Shown here: in pieces, positions 45,690 to 57,799 of the stretch
Layout of the letters: the number at the start of each line of letters is the position of its first letter
Numbering within the stretch: position 1 is the stretch's first letter
Source: Eledone cirrhosa
Taxonomy: Eukaryota
NCBI GenBank assembly: GCA_964016885.1
Contig: OZ024741.1
Location: 288,672,001 to 288,736,000, forward strand
DNA: 64,000 nt
Reading direction: 5' to 3'
Translations under genes and position numbers: made by a program
Notes under the pieces: generated by a model
Told to the model about the DNA's origin: nothing
Databases searched by the model: none
Seen by the model: the letters and a program-made list of their open reading frames with translations, nothing else

Positions 45690-46889
45690 AGAGAGAGAAA
45701 AAAGGAAAGATAAGCGATACATATATTTAGTTGCCAATAGTTTGTGCAAATGTGCTCAATACTTGTGCCTACAGGGTTAAATATTAGAAGCGTTAATATT
45801 TAGTGGGCGAGAAAATAATTAGAGCGGTTACAAAAGAAATGAATACAAAGGAATATATACCGTTAAAACATATTTATATAACAATGCATCTACGTACGTT
45901 TCGTCGCCCAGAACAGGCTTCTCAAGTGCATAGAAAACAAAAAATGATCAGTACGCGATCCAGGAATGGTTTTAAGGTTAAATTCACATTAGGGTTCATT
46001 CTTCGTCTAAGTACATGTGTTGTTATTTCCACAGAGCCGGGGGAGTAACTCCGGCCGGTGCTTGAATAATCTTGTCCCACTGGTTTTTTTACCCGTTCAC
46101 ATGATGGTGTTTTGCGTTTTTATTTTGTGGGTGCTGCTTTACTAATGCCGGTTCGAGCCGGGTCTAGGATGCATATTTAGTTCACGGATGTTTGTTTGCG
46201 CCGCCTGCCCACCGGAGTGTTATGGTTTGGGCAGGGGGACCCAATTTATAGTTTTCACGCTACAGTCGGTTCCCACCCGAAATAAGACACTTGTATTCGG
46301 TGCCTAAAGTTTATGACTGATTCGGCTCTGCTGTTTATGAGGTCGTGGGGTGTTCTTATGATGTAGTAAAGCTCCATGAGGCAAAGCTCGCACTTCCTCT
46401 TGAAATTGTAGGGTGCAGCCCTACCGACAATATCCCAGTGTGTGGAGAAGCTGATGTTGGCGTTTTTTTAATGTGGTGACGTAATTGGCAAGTGACGTGG
46501 AGTGCTTAGTCTTTTGTTTCTGAAAGAGTGGAGATGTGTTCTAAATCTAGTTTTGAACTGGCCAGAGGTGGCCCCTATATAGTGTTTAACTCTATTATGG
46601 CTAGTTATGGTGCACTATAAATAACATTATCACTCAGGCAGTTTCCCCTGAGAGGGCAGCCTCCCCTGTCACGAGAGTTGCATTTTCTGTCACTGTCGCT
46701 CCTAGTTCCTGAAGTAATGACGAAGAATGAACTCTGATGTGAATTTAACCTTAAAACCCCTCCTGGGTCACGTACTGATCATTTTTTTGTTTTCTATGCC
46801 CCTGAGAATCCCGTTCTGGGCGAAACGTAGGTAGATGCATTGTTATATAAGCATGTTTTAACGATATATACTCCTTTGTATTCATTTCT

Positions 46890-46890
<1 letters not shown>
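45690..46890 (-). mobile_element. 5'-truncated Naiad-type PLE with inverted pseudo-LTR
   Basis: The minus strand at 46685-46270 reads 'CN..GCPLRGNCLSDNVIYS..HYIGATSGQFKTRFRTHLHSFRN..W.IV.RAAPY..CELCLME'. 45836-46008 mirrors 46718-46888. Hammerhead variants are at 45891-45930 and 46797-46833. Confidence 0.9.
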
Positions 46891-46924
<34 letters not shown>

Positions 46925-46943
46925 ATATATATATATATAGATA

Positions 46944-47013
<70 letters not shown>

Positions 47014-47130
47014 TTAGATAGATAGATAGATACATACATAGATAAATAAATAGATAAATAAATAGATAGATAGAGAGAGGGAGAGAGAAAGAAAAAAAGC
47101 CTGAGAGAGATACAAACATATACATATACT

Positions 47131-47223
<93 letters not shown>

Positions 47224-47566
47224 ACACATGCACACTTACGTACAGAAAGTATTATTATTGATTTTTCTTGTGTTCAAAGTGAAATCGATGAAGGTGGAAT
47301 TCATTAAGGCACATTGAGGGCTACCCCCGAGGCTAAGTGGTTCAGTGGTGAGGTGGGTATGTGGTTGGACAATGGTAGTGATGGTAGTAGGGGTGATACT
47401 TGGGGTAGGGAAGGCTGATTTGTTAGCTAATAGTGACGAGTGATGGTAGTGATGGTTGGGGTAGTAGTAATGATGGTGTTGATGGTAGTGATAGCTGTGG
47501 TGTCGGTTGTGGTTTATTGTGCATGGTGTTGGCTGTGGTTCTGAGTGGAGATAATGATGAGGATTA

Positions 47567-47840
<274 letters not shown>

Positions 47841-47841
<1 letters not shown>

Positions 47842-50793
47842 GGCGACCTACGTAGTAAATCGTATCATCGTGAGCTCCGCAAAGGTTTGTTATTTTCAGT
47901 TGTTTAAAATTGCCATTCATGGAAAATTTTTATTGTTAACTGTATATAAGTGCACATACATTGATTTCTGAAAAGGACACTCAAAAATATTGGGGCCTTG
48001 AGCCCAAAATTTAAACTTTTTATAATTATCAAACAAAAATTTTTCTTTGAAAAATAATGGATGACTCAGATTCACTCCTTCCTCACAATCCAACACCTCA
48101 CACCGACACCACCATTGTAAATATTGCTACGTTTGCCAACGCTGGAATTGTAAGCAGTAGCAATATTTTAAATTTGTCTCAGGCAGACGTTCATTTCCCG
48201 CCATTACCAATGACTGCAGGTGCAGTGGCGGCGCGCGTCGTGGCAACAAAGCCACGATCCGGTCTTTGGTGGACCACGACGGGCGCATGCTACTCGATCC
48301 CGGGCAAATGTGTGAAGCTTTTCAGCGACACTTCGCTCAGCTGTTCGGGGGCAGCGGTGGGCCGGGTCGAGGGATGGACTTTAGTGTCTACCTCGACGGA
48401 CTGCCGCAGCTCTCGGCCACTGAGGCGGAGTGTTGCGAAAAGCCGATAACAGCCGCTGATGTACGGTAGGCAATGACTGGCTGCACAAGGGGAAAATCGC
48501 CTGGTTTGGATGGTCTGCCCTATGAACTTCACGTACAGATGCCAGACTTGTTCGGAGGCCTCTTGGCGGACGTCTACTGTAACTGGCAACAGAGCGGGAG
48601 AATTCCCAGCTCTGTGAGCCGAGGAGCTGTGGCGCTGCTGAGAAAGGATCTGAACAAGGGGATAACATAGATAATTTTAGGCCCATAACTCTGCTAAACA
48701 CAGAGTTCAAGATTTTGGCCAAGGTGCTAGCAAAGAGGTAGGCGCTTGTCGTTGGTGGTCTGGTGGGAGAGGCGCAGACATGTGCCATTCCCGACAGATC
48801 CATCCACGACAACCTCCACCTCATGCGATACATCGTAGAGAAGGTAGCTAGGGAACCTGGCACGGGTGGGTCTTTGATCAATTTAGATCAGTCGAAAGCT
48901 TTCGATAGGGTCGACCATCGTTACCTAGCGGCAGTCCTGAGGATGGTTGGCTTTGGGCCCGTCTTCAGAGGCTGGATCGCTGCCATGCACAGCGACATCT
49001 GCTCTTGGGTGAGAGTGAACGGTCACCTTTCGAAACCGTTCAACATCATGCGCTCGGTCTGCCAAGGATGTCCCCTCTCGTCCCTCTTGTACGTATTGAC
49101 TCTCGAGCCATTACTGCACAAACTGGAGACGTTGAGGGGGGTCCCGCGCGAACTAGGATGCGGAAGATCCGTGTCAGCATATGCGGACGATGTCACCGTA
49201 GTGGTGTCGAACGCCAAACACATCGAGGTGATCGGCACTACACTAAGAGAATACGAAGCGGTGACAGGAGCAATGATCAACCAGGAAAAGTCTGTGGGCC
49301 TGCAGCTCGGCACCTGGAGAGGCAGGTCCATGCCGTCCAACAGCGTCGTCGGACGCTGGACGGACGGACCGGGTAAATTGCTAGGGGTCTGGTTCGGTCC
49401 GGACCTCCAGACGGACAAAAACTGGGACGAGGTGACGAGCAGGGTGGCTTCTCTCACCCAGAAATGGGCGGAGAGGAAGCTATCCCTGAAAGGTCGAGCG
49501 GAGGTGGCTAACGCGTACATCGCGTCTGTCATCTGCTACCGCCTGACCGTCGTACCTTGTCCTAAGCCCCGCCTGACTGCGCTGGAGCGTTTGCTCTTTC
49601 ACTTTTTGTGGAAGGGACGCGCTCCGATGGTGAGGCGGTCCATCTGCTGTCAACACCCGCTACGTGGAGGGCTGGGAATGCCGTGGCTGATGATGCGCAG
49701 ACACGCGCTCAGGCTACGACATCTCCACCTCTTCCTCGACGGTGATCAGGTGTGGTTGCCGTTTGCTAGACACGTATTTCCCCAGCTCGTTTCCTTGACG
49801 GAGCTGCAGTCCTAGGTCAAGCGAAGACCGAGAGGGAGCGCCTGGAGACTGGAATGTCTTCAGATGCTCACAGCCCTCGACCAATCGGGCAATGTAATCG
49901 GTGGAAACTCCACCTCGGCGTTCTATAGAGGATTAGTGGAGGGGAAGAGCGACGACGTACTTGGGGAAACTCTAGGCGTCGACGAAAATCAACTAGCCAA
50001 TCTCTTCGGAAGAACTTTCGGGCCGGGACCTATGGACAACTTCCAGAAATCTCTGGCCTGGCAGTGCTACCGAGGGGCCTTGCCAGTTCGGGATAAACTC
50101 TACAGGCATGGAGTGGCCGTCAGCCGGGCATGTCCGAGATGCGCGCAGGGCGACGAAACCGTTCTGCACGCACTCGTCCAGTGTCCGAAAATTGCTTGTG
50201 CGTTTATGTCGAACACCTGCTGTCGCGTGTAGGACGGATCCGGCTATCATCTGAGTCCATCGTGAGGATTGCCCCGCCCTCTTCCTTTAGCCGGGAAGGG
50301 CAGGCAGTTTTTATCTCTCTGGTGGCCATGGCGAAAGAGATAGTATGGTGGACACGTTTGAAAGGGCTGAAGACGAGCACTTACCTCTTCGGTGATGCCC
50401 TGATTAACTTTTTCAAATTTCATTTGAAAAGGAAAATCAGGGTAGAGAAGGAAGTGCTCTCTTCCCAGCATTTTGTTGAAAGATGGGTGAGAGAAGCAAG
50501 AATGGCCCGAGTGAATGGGCCTACTCTGAGTACGTATCTGTAAATTAAAGGTGGAAAACTGGGAGAGGGCACTTGCCTTGGTGGTCACGGTCACTGTGGC
50601 CTTTTACTGGGCTTTCTCCACAAATGTCCCTCCGAAGTCTCCCCCCTATTGGGGAATTTTTTATTGTTATTTTTTTTGTTACATCCTCTGTTTTTGTTTT
50701 TTACACGCAGAAATGCCCATTTGTACCGTCCTGTATTGTCCTGCACTGTCCTTAATGTCTACTTTATGTAAACCCTTGTGGTTAATAAAGAAA

Positions 50794-50800
<7 letters not shown>
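47841..50800 (+). mobile_element. Tx1/L1-clade LINE, internally deleted or 5'-rearranged, with premature stops
   Basis: KSPGLDGLPYE, FRPITLLN, DQSKAFDRVDH, QGCPLS, AYADD, GGLGMP and a zf-RVT-type CPRC..ETVLHALVQC. AATAAA at 50784 is followed by (ATT)n. The 5' boundary is uncertain (at least from 48230). Confidence 0.9.
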
Positions 50801-50845
<45 letters not shown>

Positions 50846-50847
<2 letters not shown>

Positions 50848-51134
50848 TTTGAGTCTCAGTCATTGATGTTATTTAATTGGAACGTTTGTTGAAATGAATA
50901 TCAAGCCGCTACCTGCAGCCTCAGATATTCAGGATGTATCGGAGGGTTCTTGCTGTTCCTAGCAAGCATGCCTTTTGAAGTGTTCCAAAAAGCGGGGTGG
51001 GACCAATTTTCTTTAACCATCCCTGGAAACTCTTTGAGATAGTACCTAGTGCGCCTATGACAATCAGGACCACTTTGACATCATGGCAGTTCAAAATCCT
51101 TTTTACCTCCAACTTTATGTCCTGGTATCGGTTA

Positions 51135-51135
<1 letters not shown>
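50846..51135 (-). mobile_element. Dong/R4-clade LINE 3' end
   Basis: 'RYQDIKLEVKRI..V.VV.IVIGALGTISK...LQKACLLGTARTLRYILNI*', then a 3'UTR and (AAT)n tail. Confidence 0.88.
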
Positions 51136-51173
<38 letters not shown>

Positions 51174-51257
51174 GTTCTTTGAGTTTCAGTCATTGATGTT
51201 AACTGGGATAATTGTTGGCCTTGTGCCAAAAGTAGAAACATTATTATTATTATTATT

Positions 51258-51360
51258 TTTTTCATTTCTATGTCAATCGCCACTCTAATGTAGCCTCGTT
51301 GTATCGTCTCCTCCATCCGATGCTCGTGTGGCAAATAAAAGAATCATCATCATTATTATT
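51258..51360 (+). mobile_element. Probable second Tx1-like 3' terminus
   Basis: GTGTGGCAAATAAAAGAATCATCATCATTATT parallels TTGTGGTTAATAAAGAAATCATTATT at 50776-50801. Confidence 0.5.
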
Positions 51361-51424
51361 AATAGGTAAAACAAATTCTCCGTCGATTTAAGTCTAAGTA
51401 TCCGAGCTTCATTATTGTTATACA

Positions 51425-51757
51425 CCATGCTTTGCAGAATAGAGTTACGGCCCTTTACGGTCTGAGTTCAAATCCCGCCGAAGTTCACTTTGCCTTTCAT
51501 CCTTACGGGGTCGATAAAATAAAGTACCAGTAATGCACTGGGATAATTGCTGGCCTTGTGTCAAAAGTAGAAACAATTATTATCAATAAGTAGAGGGTCG
51601 GACGCCATGCTTTGCATGGAGTTAAGACCCTTTACGATCTAAGTTCAATCCCACCGAGGTTCACTTTGCCTTTCATCCTTACGGGGTGGATAAAATAAAG
51701 GACCATTAAAGCACTGGAGTAATTGCTGGCCTTGTGCCAAAAGTAGAAACAATTATC
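51425..51757 (+). mobile_element. Tandem dimer of tRNA-derived SINE (short subfamily)
   Basis: Two units with B-box, core and GGCCTTGTG.CAAAAGTAGAAACAATTAT ends. Confidence 0.9.
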
Positions 51758-51934
51758 AATATTGACGTTGATATTGTTGGTGTTATATTTTGGCCTAAAC
51801 GGACGTCAGCTCCGAGAAAATTGGACTATTACCAGATTTTGCAGGAGCCAGTCTCTATTTGTTTGTTCTTTCATTTTCTTATTTCTATCTCTCTCAAGAA
51901 ATTTCGACTAGATTTGCTGAAACATCATAATTCT

Positions 51935-52495
51935 GTTGTAAGGAAATGAATAAAAAGACAAACCTACATTCACAGTAGTGGAAGTTAGTTGCTCAGCAGA
52001 GGCCAATATACTGTCAAAGATTAGCGAAAAGGAGAATATCTATGCAGAACTAATGAGAAATCTGCAGATACTCCACCGTAACTGTAGCTTCAGATTTATA
52101 CCTGTGATTATTGGGGCACTGGGATATGTTAGTAACTGCCTCAGTACAAATCTTGAGAAGCTGGGCTTCACAGGAACAGAAAAACCACAATTAGTTAGGA
52201 AATTACAAGTACAATCCATTAATGGAACAGTAAAATTATATAAAATATTCCAAAGATTCTGCATCTAATAACTTCATGTACACATGTACAGATGCAAAGC
52301 ATATACACATGCACACATACAACTCAAAACATCCACATCCACACATACAATAACATCCATACTTGCACACACATGCATACATATCTACCTAGTTGATGGT
52401 GTTTAAATTCCAATGAGAGAGTCTTGTATCTATGTTAGAAACCGACTCTCTCTCTCTATTGGTTAAAATTTATAGAATTATAAAACTAGAAAAAC
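51935..52495 (+). mobile_element. Dong/R4-clade LINE 3' end (different family)
   Basis: 'VEVSC.AE.NI..KISEKENIYAELMRNLQ...FIPVIIGALGYV...LQ.QSINGTVK' followed by a 3'UTR. Confidence 0.8.
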
Positions 52496-52548
52496 ATACA
52501 TATATACATACATACATACATACATATGTATGTATATAATATATATAC

Positions 52549-52599
<51 letters not shown>

Positions 52600-52744
52600 A
52601 GAAAAACCACAAACCCTCCATCTCAATTCTACTTTTGAAAGCATAAGAACTGCGAAACCGGTAAAGGAACCAAATAAATATTCTTAAAAAGACTCCAGCT
52701 GCATTTTCGATTTGATTTTTTTCCTTATATATATATATATGTAT

Positions 52745-53395
52745 AATTTTTCAGGTCAGTTACTACAACGGCCCCATACCTGGTAATACGTACGTTTCGT
52801 TGGTCAATGATGACCAACTTGTTAAACCTGTGACGATGAAAAGGAACCGAAGTGTTCACTCATAGGGGCGAAAAAGAAGAAAAACAAGAAGAGAAGAGAG
52901 TCAAACTAAGGGCAGATAATAAGGATGATGTCCTAAATAATTTAAGATGACGACCAAACACTACATGACTAATGACTAAACATTGTGTGTGGGTGTGTGG
53001 TAGGGTGGGGGTGGGGTGGGGTGGGGGTGGGGGGCTACATAGAAATTGATCGTTTATGAAGGATGTAATTCGATATTAAGGAGGCCATTTTTTCAAAAGA
53101 TACTTCGAAATATGAGAACATCTCGAGAAGAACTCTATGCATGCGTTAAGTGGATTGTTATTGTAGTGGAGATTATTCAATATCCACCACTTTTCATCAT
53201 TACATAATTTGCAGACATTGAGGCCATTTATATATATGGCCGAGATTTTTCTAGTATATTCCATCTGATGGAGAAGTCAATGTTCCTGTCTTTCAGTGGT
53301 CATACATGGTATGTAACACATCTGGATAATTACATTCAAATTCGCCCTACGAACTTGAGAGTTACTCTACACCATGGATTCTTACTTACCTATCA
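52745..53395 (-). mobile_element. Naiad-type PLE 3' remnant
   Basis: 'LKDRNIDFSIRW...CKLCNDEKWWIL...LN..EFFSRCSH.SKY'. A decayed hammerhead at ~52788-52828 reads TTAACAA-GTTGGTC/GACCAAC-GAAACGTA. Confidence 0.8.
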
Positions 53396-53399
53396 CTAC

Positions 53400-53434
<35 letters not shown>

Positions 53435-53695
53435 CTGTGGTGTGTGTGTGTGGTGTGTGTGTGTATGTGTGTGTGTGTATGTATGTATGTGTGTGTGTGT
53501 GTGTGTGTGTAGGAAAATATAAAGATTTAAAAAAGTACCTAATGTGTTCTTTGCGTGTTTGTATGTGTATAGTTGTTTGTTTGTATGTTTGTATGTGTAT
53601 GCCTGTGTGTGTATGTGAGTGCGCGTGTGCTTGTGTGTGATTCGCTGATATATAAATCTAAATATAACTTCTTTCCTTCGTTTCGCCTGCCTTAG

Positions 53696-53753
53696 AGGCC
53701 CTGGCAAACGAAGATTCTTGGGCATTGTCCCTCCTTCTCTGACTAAGAGGTAA
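53696..53753 (+). other. Candidate micro-exon (GPGKRRFLGIVPPSLTKR), unverified
   Basis: Polypyrimidine tract plus TAG acceptor at 53668-53695 and AG|GTAAAA at 53749/53750. Only one frame is open across the segment. Confidence 0.25.
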
Positions 53754-53940
53754 AAACGTCTCCTTGAATGTTTTTCGATTTTACACAATAACATAGGAAG
53801 AGGTGAGAGAAATTAACATGGAACCGGAAGTACTTGTTAAATTATCAAATGCTCGAACACTAACGGAATAATTATGTGAAGTGGGAGAAAAGGAAATAGT
53901 AGGGATGTGGACAGTGATTGAATGGTATAGGTATGTGTGT

Positions 53941-54035
<95 letters not shown>

Positions 54036-54397
54036 TTAGATAGAGAGGGGAACTGTGAGTGAGTGAACGAGAGAAAGATTGCATAGTGTGGAGAAAGAGA
54101 GAGAGGGAGAGAGAGGGAGAGAGAGAATGAACAGGAGACAGACATAGATGGAGAAGGAACATAAGAGAGAGATAGAGAAAGAAGGAACGTGTGAGAGGGA
54201 GATATATACAGAAAGAGAGAGTGAGAGAAAAGGAAAATGATAGAGGGAGAAGGAACATGGGAGAGATAGAGAAAGAGTAGGAACGAGAGAGAGAGAGCGA
54301 GGGAGAGAGAGAGAGAGAACGAAAGAGAGAGTGAGATAAATAGATAGAGAGAGAGAGTGAGATAGATAGATAGATAGGTAGATAGAGATAGATAGAG

Positions 54398-54479
<82 letters not shown>

Positions 54480-54634
54480 AGAACTAGAGTTAGAGGTTGA
54501 ATATGATAGTAAAAAGAGATAGGATGAATGAGATGGGGGAGGGGGTAATAAGGTGAAAGAGAAAGGCTAGGAAGTGAGGGAGAGGAATGTAATGAGAGAA
54601 TGGTTCCAGGAGATACAGTGGGGTGGGGTGGGGC

Positions 54635-54707
<73 letters not shown>

Positions 54708-54875
54708 GTGGATTAAAGAGGTAAAGAGGATGGAATACTTAAGGAGAACGAGAAGAGAGTGAAAAGGAGGGTGATAGATATAGGAAATACATTGGAGGAA
54801 GTAGGAGGGAGAGAGGAGAGACGAAGGAGGAAGGACAAACCAGAAAAGAATTACATAGAGAAAAGATGAGAAAGT

Positions 54876-54990
54876 GATGGGGAAGTCAATGTGAGAGAGA
54901 TGGGGAAGTCAATGTGAGAGAGATGGGGAAGTCAATGTGAGAGAGATGGGAAAGTCAATGAGAGAGAGATGGGAAAGTCAATGAGAGAGA
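54876..54990. repeat. ~23-bp minisatellite GATGGGGAAGTCAATGTGAGAGA, ~5 copies
   Basis: Directly visible. Confidence 0.9.
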
Positions 54991-55074
54991 AAGATTAAGA
55001 CACTTAGAGATAGACAAAGGTATGGGAAGACAAAATGAGAAGCTATTAACGTAACGAGGCAAAATAGAATATGC

Positions 55075-55175
<101 letters not shown>

Positions 55176-55532
55176 TGTGTGTCTGTCTGTCTGTGTATGT
55201 ATTATATATATATATGTAAGTGTGTGTATATGTGTGTGTGTGTCTGTCTGTGTATGCATATATATATACATGCATGCATACACACATATACATACACACA
55301 TACATACACACATAAATACGCACATACATACATACACACATAAATACGCACATACATACATACACACATACATACATACACATACATACATACACACATA
55401 CATACATACACATAAATACATACATACATACATACATACATACATACACACATACATACATACATACATACATACATACATACATACATACACACATACA
55501 TACATACATACATACATACATACATACATACA

Positions 55533-55564
<32 letters not shown>

Positions 55565-56379
55565 AAACGCACAATATGAGGACAAAGAAACAGAAGTTGC
55601 TACGGTCAGTCCATAAAATAATTGTCACGGTCAAGTTTATAGCTGGCATTTGTCAAGAAACGCTTCGCTGAGCTGGACACCATTTTAACGTCTGAACGTT
55701 ACATGGCTTACCAATTAGAAGGCAATACTTTTTGATCGCAATGCTTTCTCTGAGGGCTGTTCACGCCTCTCACTCGCATAGGACTTCGTCATACTTCGAC
55801 AGTAAAAACGAAATAACTAACTAACTAAATAAATAAATGAACAAACAAATGTATAAACAAGTCACTGATTTAAACTCTGTGAAATCTGTCAGTTCTCTTA
55901 ATGTATTAAGACATGGATTGAGAATTTATGGGCATTATAGCCTTGGCAGCAATGCGTCAAAAGCGAATACAATGACACAGTTTCCGTAGAAACAGAGGAG
56001 CGAATCATACATTGAACACACACACACGCACACACACACACACACTCACACACACTCACACATATATATATGTATATAACTACTACAGCTGTCATCTCCC
56101 AATAGAGCATGACTTGGTAGTATTTACCATGATTTTACTAAGAGTTTTATGTGAACATGCCATCGCAATTAAATGCAAACACCCTATCGGCCCTCACTCG
56201 TGCGATCCTGTGAGATATCTAGGATAGGACAACTGGAAGGAGAAAGGGTTGCCTCAGCACTGGTCTAGTATTTACTTTACCCTCCCAAAGAGGATGAAAG
56301 GCATTGTGGAACTAGTTGGGAATTAAACACAGAACGCAGAAACAAGGAAGAAAAATCCAACTGTAACGACTCTGCCAAA

Positions 56380-56646
56380 TTGCAGTACTCGTGGTTGCTG
56401 AGCCGACAACATATGTGAGATAGTTGCAGTACTCGTGGTTGCTGAGCCGACAACATATGTGAGATAGTTGCAGTACTCGTGGTTGCTGAGCCGACAACAT
56501 ATGTGAGATAGTTGCAGTACTCGTGGTTGCTGAGCCGACAACATATGTGAGATAGTTGCAGTACTCGTGGTTGCTGAGCCGACAACATATGTGAGATAGT
56601 TGCAGTACTCGTGGTTGCTGAGCCGACAACATATGTGAGATAGTTG
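56380..56646. repeat. Perfect 44-bp minisatellite, 6 copies
   Basis: TTGCAGTACTCGTGGTTGCTGAGCCGACAACATATGTGAGATAG repeated six times with no spacers. Confidence 0.97.
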
Positions 56647-56796
56647 ATCTCGATCAGGATGAGCCTATTGATGAACCTAAGACTAAACAACATCAACAGC
56701 AATAACGATGGTACCTTCATCCCCACCAATACCAGCCTCCTCAACACCACCATTGCCAACATGGAGCCTATACATGAGGACTCAATCTGCAAAAAA

Positions 56797-56985
56797 TAAT
56801 TGTTTATACTCTTGGCACAAGGCCAGCAGTTACCCAAGTACATTACTGGTGCTTTATTTTATCAACCCCGTAAGGATGAAAGGCAAAATTAACCTTGGCG
56901 GGATTTGAACTCAGACCATAAAGGACCGTAACTCTTTGCTGCAAAGCATGGCGTCAGACCCTCTACCGATGCTGCCAACCCACTG
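56797..56985 (-). mobile_element. tRNA-derived SINE (short subfamily)
   Basis: Colinear with 43388-43578. Confidence 0.88.
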
Positions 56986-57799
56986 CAAGAAATGATAACC
57001 ACATATTCTTCCTCATATCCTCTTGTAACAAGGACACATTGAACAATGTAGTCCCTGGTGTACAAAACAACAGGATTGTCGACCTACGTCTTGACACCAC
57101 TACTACGGCCACAACCGACATTATCAACGAGTGAACCTTTATGTTATCGATAGACATGTTAAGAATCGATGCCAAATCTCCCTGAAATCATACCGTACTG
57201 TCTTAAATGAGAAAAGGAATTAATCAATGTATAAAGTTAAGATGGGTTGGTCATAGCTGGAATGGCTGTGATTATAAGCCTTCTGATTCGGGGCTAAACA
57301 ATGAGAACATCATCAACGGAATAAAAGGATGAACAGGGAGTCTCTATGTGATTGATTGAGTTGCTAGAAAGACCAGCAAGATACCCTTTTTTAAAAAAAG
57401 ACACGTTGAATAATGTAATGCTCGTCGAGGGCTGCTGACCTGAGGCTAAACTCACCAACAACAATAACAGCAGCATCAACAATAGTGCCGTGAGTCACCA
57501 AATTACCATGGACACCAGCACTCCCATCACCCCTCTCCCAGCATAACAACGCCAAGTAACAAAAATATAAAAAAACTATACCAAATTACCTTTAGCGCCA
57601 CCACCACCACCCCCCCATTAGGTTAAGGACTCCTCCCACCCCCACCGCTATCTCCAGCACGATCACCACCACAGCCACCACATACAACAACAACATCAAC
57701 AACATCATCAATAAAATTATCATTACTAACACCCCTGCTACTACCGCCGCTATTAATACCATCAGTTACACCACCAATACCACCAATAACACGATCAAC

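Noticed and set aside
56380-56646. CRISPR-like array
   Set aside because: Units are contiguous and identical, with no spacers and no cas genes, in a eukaryotic context.
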